Notes under the pieces: generated by a model
Database searches by the model: none
Seen by the model: only the letters and a program-made list of their open reading frames with translations
Told to the model about the DNA's origin: nothing
Source: Rhodospirillales bacterium
Lineage (GTDB): Bacteria > Pseudomonadota > Alphaproteobacteria > Rhodospirillales > JASLLZ01
DNA length: 64,000 nt
Assembly: GCA_030754885.1 (NCBI GenBank)
Contig: JASLZL010000097.1
Span: forward strand, 20,097-84,096
Direction of reading: 5' to 3'
Translations under genes and position numbers: made by a program
Shown here: positions 8,385 through 15,571 of the stretch, piece after piece
How positions within the stretch are numbered: the stretch's first letter is position 1
Layout of the letters: each line of letters begins with the position of its first letter

Positions 8385-10076
8385 GTGAGCGAAGTTCAAG
8401 CTGAATTGCGACGCCAGTTGGAGGTTCAATGGGCCGCCTACGCGGCGACATTGGCCGGCAAGCTGGACGATATAGACCAGGCGGCGCATTCGTTGCGCGA
8501 AGACGCGCCCGCGGATCAAGTTCACCAGGCCGCTGAGGCTGTTCGCGTGATGTCCCACCGACTGGCCGGATCCGGCGCTACCTTCGGCTATGCGACCCTC
8601 GGCCAAGTGGCTCGCAATCTGGAGATACTCTGTGACACGATCCTCGAAGATGCGAGGCGGCTCTCGCCCGAGCAGCGAAGCGATATTGAGGAATTGCTGG
8701 AGAAATTGAGGCGGGCCGCGGATGTTTCACCCAACCCGCCTCTGACAGCGACCGGTCAGCCACCCACGCAGGTTCACGCGCCGGCCGACGGCGAAAGGGA
8801 AAGGACCGTCATCTTGGTCGAGGATGACGAATCGGTGGCGCAGCAATTGGAGTGCGACCTCACAAGCTTCGGCTTCCAAGTGTGCGTTCTCAACCATCCC
8901 ACCGCGCTGCGAGATGCGGTTGCCGAGATGCGACCTGCGGCGGTCATTTTAGACATCATCTTTGCCAGCGGTGACTGGGTGGGGATCGATGTGGTTGCCT
9001 TGCTTCGCGGCGACGGCACGCTGAATTGTCCCGTGGTTTTTCTTTCCGAGCGCGAAGACCTTCGGGCACGTCTGGCTTCAGTGCGCGCCGGCTGCGACGG
9101 CTATCTGGTCAAACCGGCCAACATCGCGGATGTCGTTGATCTTCTGGACCGATTGACCCTAGGCACTGATGACGAGCCGTTTCGCGTCCTCGTTGTTGAC
9201 GATGATGCTGAGGTTGTAAGGCATACCGAGCTCATCCTCAGGGGGGCCGGAATGATCACGGCCACCGTCGATGATCCCATGAAAATCGTGGAGCCGTTGG
9301 AGGAATTCCGACCCGAGCTCATACTAATGGACCTTCACATGCCCGGTTGCAGTGGCCAGGAATTAGCGGCGGTAATCCGCCAGCAGGCTTCCTACGCAAC
9401 CATTCCCATTGTTTTCTTGTCGGAAGAAACAAACGTGCAGCGGCAGCTACAGGCCTTGCAACGTGGCGACGACGACTTCCTCAGCAAATCCCTCAACCCC
9501 GAGGAGTTGATCCTGGCCGTGACCGTTCGGGCCCGGCGCTTTCGCTATCTGCGTTCCATGATGATGCGCGATAGCTTGACTGGCCTTCTCAATCATACCA
9601 ACACCAAGCAGCAGCTGGAGATCGAGATCGACCGCGCCCGACGGGCCAACACGCCGCTTGCCTTCATCATGGTCGATATCGACCACTTCAAGGCCGTCAA
9701 CGATACCTACGGGCACGCCGCCGGGGACGCCGTGCTTAAAAGTTTATCCAGGCTTATGAAAGAACGGCTGCGTGCCACCGACATCGTCGGCCGCATGGGT
9801 GGCGAGGAATTCGCCGCCGTCCTGGCAGACACCGATGCCGCAGGTGCAAACCGAATATTCGATGAACTGCGCCGCGCCTTTGCCAGTATGCGCCATAATT
9901 CGGAAGGCCGGGAGTTCTCGGTCACCATGAGCTGCGGCGTCGCCCAGTTCCCGAGCTACGATGATGCTTCAAGGCTTTCCAACGCTGCCGACAAGGCGCT
10001 CTACGCCGCCAAGCACAACGGACGTGACCGTGTTGAAACGGCGCCGGCGGACGTCGAGAACGAGCCCGTGGCATAA
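8385..10076 (+). CDS. Hpt-REC-REC-GGDEF diguanylate cyclase (PleD-like with an N-terminal phosphotransfer domain)
   Basis: Hpt motif MSHRLAGSGATFG. Two receivers have intact acceptor contexts (AVILDIIF and LILMDLHMPG). GGEEF active site with an RxxD I-site (RATD) five residues upstream. Confidence 0.85.
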   Translation: MSEVQAELRRQLEVQWAAYAATLAGKLDDIDQAAHSLREDAPADQVHQAAEAVRVMSHRLAGSGATFGYATLGQVARNLEILCDTILEDARRLSPEQRSDIEELLEKLRRAADVSPNPPLTATGQPPTQVHAPADGERERTVILVEDDESVAQQLECDLTSFGFQVCVLNHPTALRDAVAEMRPAAVILDIIFASGDWVGIDVVALLRGDGTLNCPVVFLSEREDLRARLASVRAGCDGYLVKPANIADVVDLLDRLTLGTDDEPFRVLVVDDDAEVVRHTELILRGAGMITATVDDPMKIVEPLEEFRPELILMDLHMPGCSGQELAAVIRQQASYATIPIVFLSEETNVQRQLQALQRGDDDFLSKSLNPEELILAVTVRARRFRYLRSMMMRDSLTGLLNHTNTKQQLEIEIDRARRANTPLAFIMVDIDHFKAVNDTYGHAAGDAVLKSLSRLMKERLRATDIVGRMGGEEFAAVLADTDAAGANRIFDELRRAFASMRHNSEGREFSVTMSCGVAQFPSYDDASRLSNAADKALYAAKHNGRDRVETAPADVENEPVA

Positions 10077-10195
10077 TGACCGTTCAGTGGACGCCATGGG
10101 AAGCAGAAGAGGAGTCTATTTTCGTGGATGCATATCGCGGGCGATCGGATAAGCCCTTTAATGGAGCGGCCTCATGCCCGGGTGAGGAGACATGA
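10076..10195 (+). CDS. 39-codon ORF overlap-coupled to the GGDEF gene (TAATG); function unknown
   Basis: Translated by hand as MTVQWTPWEAEEESIFVDAYRGRSDKPFNGAASCPGEET. Its start overlaps the upstream stop and its stop overlaps the next ATG (ATGA). Confidence 0.2.
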   Translation: MTVQWTPWEAEEESIFVDAYRGRSDKPFNGAASCPGEET

Positions 10196-10281
10196 AAGCC
10201 GAGCTCAATTATTTCGTCGTTGATGACGACGATGCCCATTTGGTCACTCTAATGACGACGCTCTTATTTGGAAAAAAATAA
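10192..10281 (+). pseudogene. Response-regulator receiver N-terminal stub (29 codons)
   Basis: MKAELNYFVVDDDDAHLVTLMTTLLFGKK reproduces the receiver beta1 strand plus acidic pocket and the start of alpha1. It stops just after an A7 run, at the point where GC content collapses. Confidence 0.35.
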
Positions 10282-10374
10282 TATTAAATGAGCAATATAG
10301 GAGATTTTTATTTAATATACTTATTCTTATACTTATAGTATTAAAGAATTTGATGAAAATAAACGTAATTTCTT

Positions 10375-10383
10375 TGCTATAAT
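10375..10383 (+). promoter_or_regulatory. Extended -10 element TGCTATAAT, candidate promoter reading toward mrcA
   Basis: Exact TGnTATAAT inside the AT-rich core. No good -35 lies at 17-nt spacing. Confidence 0.3.
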
Positions 10384-10438
10384 CAATAATTCATTTGATA
10401 AAAAGGCCGAAAAGTTTACCGAGTCCCACTTCAACCTC

Positions 10439-10639
10439 GTGTTCATGACGTTGTTTGCAGACATTTTTGGTTTTATGAGGGACGCCGATGAGTTGGCCAA
10501 AATGGTCTTCATGTACGGCGAGGGAACAGGCGATAAAATTAGCGGAATATATGATGAGTTCAAAAAACAGGATGAGGAAAAAATGGATGGGGTATATTCT
10601 GCGTCGGATGGATTCATGACAGCCGCCAAAGACGGGTAG
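10439..10639 (+). CDS. Hypothetical acidic 66-aa ORF inside the low-GC block
   Basis: ORF only, with a GTG start and no Shine-Dalgarno. The frame is open upstream to 10316 but contains no ATG, GTG or TTG there. Confidence 0.2.
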   Translation: MFMTLFADIFGFMRDADELAKMVFMYGEGTGDKISGIYDEFKKQDEEKMDGVYSASDGFMTAAKDG

Positions 10640-10819
10640 ACGTGCGGACCCTGGATGACCGCGATACGGCAACCAAGGAGCCCGCGCGCCGCACCACTCA
10701 AAGCAATCCGATGGGATTGGCATGAGTTCGTGTTGAGCCAGAATCTCGGCGGCCATAACTTTGTCACAATTGTCCGGTATCGAAATTCTCCGCGACACCG
10801 TGCTGGGTTCGAAGGGTAG

Positions 10820-13231
10820 ATGGTTAGAGCGTTTTTCACGTTGATCGGCGTTCTATTGGTTTTCGCCTTCCTGGGGGCGGGAGGCGTGGTCTATGTGTTT
10901 TACCGGTTCGGCCAGGGCCTGCCCGACTATCACCAGTTGGCCGACTATGAACCGCCGGTCACCACCCGCATCCATGCCGGCGATGGGCGCCTGCTGGCCG
11001 AATACGCGATCGAGAAGCGTATCTTCGTTCCCATGAAGGCGATGCCCAAGCGGGTCGTGCAGGCGCTTCTTGCCGCGGAAGACAAGAACTTCTACAGCCA
11101 TCCGGGTATCGATATCTTGAGCGTCGTGCGCGCCGCCGTCACCAACATCAAGAACATGGGGAGCAACCGGCGCCTAGTCGGAGCTTCGACCATCACCCAG
11201 CAGGTGGCAAAGAACTTTTTGTTGAGCAATGAACTGTCATGGGATCGCAAGTTCAAGGAAGCGATTTTGGCTTTCCGGATCGAGCGCGCCTTTCCCAAGG
11301 ACCGGGTGCTGGAGCTTTACCTTAACGAGATTTATCTCGGTTTCGGGGCTTATGGCGTAGCGGCGGCGGCACTCAACTATTTCGACAAGCCGCTGGACAA
11401 TTTGACTGTCGCCGAGGCAGCCTTCCTCGCTGCGCTGCCCAAAGCACCCAACAATTACAATCCCTTGCGCCATCCCCTTGCTGCTCGGGCGCGACGTGAT
11501 TGGGTGATCGGCCGCATGGAGAAAGCAAATTTCATCACCGCCGAGGAGGCATCACAGGCCAGCGCCGAGCCCCTTTTGATCCGCCAGCGCTCGGACACCG
11601 AGTTCGTCAAGGCCGATTACTTTGCCGAGGAGGTGCGCCGCGAGCTTGCCGAACGTTACGGCGAGGATCAGCTTTATCAGGGCGGCCTTTCGGTGCGTAC
11701 CACCCTCGCTCCGCAATTGCAGGAAATCGCCAAGCGGGTCCTGCGCCAGGGTCTGGAAGCCTATGATCGCCGGCATGGCTGGCGCGGGCCGTTGTCCCAC
11801 CTGGAGCCCGGTTTCGATTGGCTGCACAAGCTGAGTCGCATGCACCCGGTGGTGGGGCTGGGCGACAAACGCATTGCTGTGGTGTTGGGCGTCGATGATA
11901 AAAGCGCCGAAATCGGTTTTGCGGACGGCACCCGTGGACACATTCCCCTGGCCGAGATGAAGTGGGCGCGGGCTTCGCTGAAGGATCAAAGGGTGGGGCC
12001 CCGCGTTCGTCGGCCGGCGGACGTGCTGTCCCCGGGCGACGTTGTGGCGGTGGAACCGGCGCCGACGCCTAAGAAAGGAGAACCTTATCCCGAGGGCACA
12101 TATGCGTTGCGTCAGATTCCTGCCATCGAAGGGGGCCTGGTGGCGCTTGATCCCCACACTGGGCGGGTGCTTGCGATGGCGGGGGGCTATGACTATGGGC
12201 GCAGCCAGTTCAATCGGGTGACCCAGGCCATGCGACAACCGGGCTCGGCGTTCAAGCCTTTCGTCTATCTGGCGGCGATGGACAGTGGTTATACGCCGTC
12301 GACGCTGATCCTCGACGCACCCTTCGTCATCGACCAGGGACCGGGCCTGCCCAAATGGCGCCCCGCCAACTACACCAACCGCTTCTATGGCCCCAGCACC
12401 ATGCGGCTGGGGGTTGAAAAATCACGCAATCTGATGACCGTTCGGTTGGCTCAAACCATCGGCATGGAGAAAGTGGCCGAATATGCCGAGCGCCTGCAAA
12501 TCGTTGAACGCATGCCGCGTAGTCTGTCCATGGCGCTTGGCGCGGGAGAGACGACCCTGCTGCGCCTGACCACCGCCTACGCCATGCTGGTAAACGGTGG
12601 CAAGCACATTACCCCGACCCTGATCGACCGTATCCAGGACCGTCACGGGCGCACCGTGATCCGTCACGACAAGCGCACTTGTACGGGCTGCCGCGCCACT
12701 CACTGGACCGGCCAATCGGTGCCCACCGTGCCCGACACCCGAGAATCCGTTACCGACCCGGGCAGCGCCTACCAGATCGTGTCCATTCTTCAAGGCGTCG
12801 TGGAACGAGGCACCGGAAAGCGTATTAAGGCGGTGGGCAAGCCACTGGCGGGCAAGACGGGTACCACTAACGATAGTATCGATACTTGGTTCGTTGGCTT
12901 CTCCCCCGATCTGGCGGTGGGCGTCTTCGCCGGCTTTGATACGCCGCGCACCCTCGGCCGTAGCGAGCAGGGCGCCTCGGTCGCCGCGCCCATCTTCCGC
13001 GACTTCATGGCCGAAGCCCTGGCCGGCCGGCCGTCCATCCCGTTCCGCATACCGCCGGGCATACGGCTGGTGCGCGTCAACGCTGGTACAGGTGCGCTAG
13101 CGCAGCCCGGCGAGCGCAACGTTATCTTCGAGGCTTTTAAGCCAGGCACGGTGCCGACCGGTCCAGGAGAGGTATTGCAAGGATTTGGCGCCGGTGGAGA
13201 TTCGGCTACCGGCACGGGCGGCCTTTATTAA
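10820..13231 (+). CDS. mrcA: Penicillin-binding protein 1A (bifunctional transglycosylase/transpeptidase)
   Basis: 803 aa with an N-terminal TM helix. GT51 motifs (EDKNFYSHPGID, ITQQVAKN) and transpeptidase motifs SAFKP (SxxK), SRN and KTGTT are present. Confidence 0.95.
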   Translation: MVRAFFTLIGVLLVFAFLGAGGVVYVFYRFGQGLPDYHQLADYEPPVTTRIHAGDGRLLAEYAIEKRIFVPMKAMPKRVVQALLAAEDKNFYSHPGIDILSVVRAAVTNIKNMGSNRRLVGASTITQQVAKNFLLSNELSWDRKFKEAILAFRIERAFPKDRVLELYLNEIYLGFGAYGVAAAALNYFDKPLDNLTVAEAAFLAALPKAPNNYNPLRHPLAARARRDWVIGRMEKANFITAEEASQASAEPLLIRQRSDTEFVKADYFAEEVRRELAERYGEDQLYQGGLSVRTTLAPQLQEIAKRVLRQGLEAYDRRHGWRGPLSHLEPGFDWLHKLSRMHPVVGLGDKRIAVVLGVDDKSAEIGFADGTRGHIPLAEMKWARASLKDQRVGPRVRRPADVLSPGDVVAVEPAPTPKKGEPYPEGTYALRQIPAIEGGLVALDPHTGRVLAMAGGYDYGRSQFNRVTQAMRQPGSAFKPFVYLAAMDSGYTPSTLILDAPFVIDQGPGLPKWRPANYTNRFYGPSTMRLGVEKSRNLMTVRLAQTIGMEKVAEYAERLQIVERMPRSLSMALGAGETTLLRLTTAYAMLVNGGKHITPTLIDRIQDRHGRTVIRHDKRTCTGCRATHWTGQSVPTVPDTRESVTDPGSAYQIVSILQGVVERGTGKRIKAVGKPLAGKTGTTNDSIDTWFVGFSPDLAVGVFAGFDTPRTLGRSEQGASVAAPIFRDFMAEALAGRPSIPFRIPPGIRLVRVNAGTGALAQPGERNVIFEAFKPGTVPTGPGEVLQGFGAGGDSATGTGGLY

Positions 13232-13288
13232 TAACGATCCTTGGTATAAAACTCGGGAACCGTGAACGCGGCGACGGAGAATAAGGGA

Positions 13289-14426
13289 ATGCGTGCCGAG
13301 ACCGAGTCGATCGTCGAAGAGATCAAGCAGTCGATCGACCTGCTGAGGAGGCATCTTTGACTACGATGCCGCGCAACGCCGGCTAGCGGAGCTTAACGCC
13401 CGCGCCGAAGATCCTGATCTTTGGAGTAACCCGGAGAAAGCCCAAACGGTGATGCGCGAGCGCACCCGTTTGGAACAGGGCATCACGACCCTGGATGTCA
13501 TGGCGCGGGAGCTTTCCGACAACCTGGAACTGATCGAGTTGGGCGAGACCGAGGATGACGGCGACGTGGTCGCCGAGGCCGAGGCCGCTCTTAAGAAACT
13601 GCACGGGCACGCCGCCAAGGAAGAATTACAGACGTTGTTGTCGGGCGAGGCCGATGGCAATGACTGCTATCTGGAAGTCCATGCCGGAGCCGGCGGAACC
13701 GAGGCTCAGGATTGGACCGAGATGCTGGTCCGCATGTATGCACGGTGGAGTGAAGGCCATGGCCATAAAGTCGAATGGCTGGAGGAGAGCGCCGGCGAGG
13801 AGGCCGGCATCAAGTCCGCTACCCTCAAGATTGTTGGAAACAATGCCTATGGGTGGTTGAAGACCGAGAGCGGCGTGCATCGGTTAGTCCGCATCTCGCC
13901 TTTCGATTCGAGTTCGCGGCGCCATACCAGTTTCTCCTCGGTCTGGATCTACCCGGTGATCGATGACCGAATCGAGATCGATATTCAGGACAAGGACCTG
14001 CGCGTCGATACCTACCGCGCCTCGGGGGCCGGTGGTCAGCACGTCAACCGCACTGACAGCGCGGTTCGCCTCACCCACCTGCCGAGCGGCATCGTGGTGC
14101 AGTGCCAGAACGACCGCTCACAGCACCGCAATCGGGCGACTGCCATGGACATGTTGCGCGCACGGCTCTACGAGGCAGAACTGCAACGCCGCGAAAGCGA
14201 AACCCGTGCCGCTCACGAGGCCAAGAGCGACATCGGATGGGGCCATCAGATTCGCTCCTACGTCCTACAGCCTTACCAGATGGTCAAGGACCTACGCACC
14301 GGTGTCGAGACCTCCAACACCCAAGCCGTCCTCGACGGCGATCTGGACGATTTCATGGCTGCCGCCTTGGCCCAACGTATTGAGGGTACCGAGGATACCA
14401 AGAATAACGCCAAGGACAGTTCTTAG
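13289..14426 (+). CDS. prfB: Peptide chain release factor 2, join(13289..13357,13359..14426), via programmed +1 frameshift
   Basis: A 23-codon ORF0 ([23 protein letters not shown]) ends in CTT TGA C. The +1 frame continues [13 protein letters not shown]... into the tracked 325-aa ORF, which carries SPF-type and GGQ (SGAGGQHVN) motifs. Confidence 0.95.
13346..13361 (+). promoter_or_regulatory. RF2 autoregulatory frameshift cassette (internal SD AGGAGG plus slippery CTT TGA C)
   Basis: AGGAGG at 13346-13351 lies 3 nt upstream of CTTTGAC at 13355-13361. Confidence 0.9.
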
Positions 14427-14977
14427 TCACGCTCCAAGAGGACGGCGATCTCCGCTTCGGTGAGCCGAGTATCCGGGTCGTCGACGGGGTCGGAATCCGG
14501 GAGACCTTCGAAGTTCGTTTCTTCACGCCGCCGGTCCGGACCGACATAGGCCTCGCTTTCGACGAACGGTAGGTTGCGGCCAACAGCCGCCATGATTCGA
14601 TCAAGCAGCTGATGCGCATCGACGGGTTTGGCCAGGAAATCATCAACTCCGGCGTCCCGCGCCTCGTGGATGTCATCCTGGCGGCTACGGAAACTGACCA
14701 TGAGAATGGGAACGTGTGAAGACGGCCGCTTGTGGCTGGTGCGCAAAAAGCGGACGAAGGAGAGATAACGCTCGGTGACCAAGACATCCACGGTCCGCGC
14801 GCGCATGGCGTCAAGGGCCGCGAGCGGGTCGTCGGCCACTGCCACGTCCGCGATGCCCAAGTCCACAAGATCGTCCCGAATGCGGGCGCGGTAATCCGCG
14901 TCATCGTCGAGGATCAGAATTCGGAGGTCCCCGATATTAGGGTCCGGCATGGTCTCCACACATTCAAACGAAAGCAC
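14423..14977 (-). CDS. Single-domain response-regulator-like protein with an atypical acceptor site and a C-terminal GPDRRR tail
   Basis: Receiver fold (RILILDDD..., PILMVS, FLAKP), but the acceptor strand reads [10 protein letters not shown], with Glu where Asp is expected. An alternative ATG start lies at 14950. Confidence 0.8.
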   Translation of the reverse strand: MLSFECVETMPDPNIGDLRILILDDDADYRARIRDDLVDLGIADVAVADDPLAALDAMRARTVDVLVTERYLSFVRFLRTSHKRPSSHVPILMVSFRSRQDDIHEARDAGVDDFLAKPVDAHQLLDRIMAAVGRNLPFVESEAYVGPDRRREETNFEGLPDSDPVDDPDTRLTEAEIAVLLERD

Positions 14978-15106
14978 GGCGCATTCCTTGCTTTGGCACA
15001 GTTAAGCCCCACAACTGCCAAGGTTGCGTTAACAATTTGCCTTTTTCATGGCGGAAACCGGCGCCGCCGCGCCAGTCAGGACGGGTCGCTGCCGTACCCG
15101 TTAGAA

Positions 15107-15571
15107 TTACAGTTTGTGGGTTGCCTCTAGAACCGCCTCGACGTGGCCGTTCACCTTGACCTTGCGCCAAGTCTCGCGGATCACGCCTTTTTCGTCGATG
15201 AGAAAGGTGGCGCGCTCGATTCCCATGTAATTGCGCCCATAGAGTTTCTTCTCCACCCACACGCCATAGGCTTCGCATAGCGTGCCTTCGGTATCGGATA
15301 TGAGAGTGAAGGGAAGGTCGTACTTGGCCTTGAACTTGTCGTGCCGGGCGACGCTGTCCTTGGAGGCGCCGACGATGGTGGCGCCCACTCGCTCGAACTC
15401 GGGCGACGCCTCGGCGAAGGCGATCGACTCCTTGGTGCAGCCCGACGTCATGTCCTTGGGATAGAAGTAGAGAACGACCTTTCTACCCTTCAGGTCCTTA
15501 CCCGCTAGGGTGCCACCGCCATCGGTGGGGAGGTCGAAGTCGGGCGCGCGGTCGCCGGGATTGATGCTCAT
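15107..15571 (-). CDS. bcp: Thioredoxin-dependent peroxiredoxin Bcp
   Basis: 154 aa with FYPKDMTSGCTKE, the peroxidatic Cys motif. Its ATGA start overlaps the glnE stop. Confidence 0.9.
   Translation of the reverse strand: MSINPGDRAPDFDLPTDGGGTLAGKDLKGRKVVLYFYPKDMTSGCTKESIAFAEASPEFERVGATIVGASKDSVARHDKFKAKYDLPFTLISDTEGTLCEAYGVWVEKKLYGRNYMGIERATFLIDEKGVIRETWRKVKVNGHVEAVLEATHKL

Larger units (their letters stand above)
10262..10640. other. Low-GC block (possible xenogeneic insert or AT-rich regulatory region)
   Basis: Hand count: 22 G/C in 120 nt for 10261-10380 (18 %) and 99/240 for 10381-10620 (41 %). Sampled 60-nt stretches of the flanking genes give 58-63 %. Confidence 0.7.

Noticed and set aside
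10655-10819. 54-codon ORF whose TAG directly abuts the mrcA ATG (TAGATG), a possible coupled leader peptide.
   Set aside because: My hand-counted GC3 is only 31/54, well below what the clearly coding neighbours look like by eye. It has no Shine-Dalgarno and a basic, low-complexity translation. The adjacency may be a coincidence.
10800-10819. GGGTTCGAAGGG, resembling a tRNA T-loop (GGTTCGAA).
   Set aside because: The flanking bases cannot form a T-stem (CTGGG versus GGTAG). No acceptor or anticodon arms can be drawn, so this is not a tRNA.
10333-10839. 168-aa and 135-aa minus-strand ORFs across the low-GC block.
   Set aside because: The translations are Ser/Leu/Asn/Ile-rich with no motif. 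The longer one would start inside mrcA and run across its start codon. I cannot support either as a gene, although the region itself is flagged as a finding.
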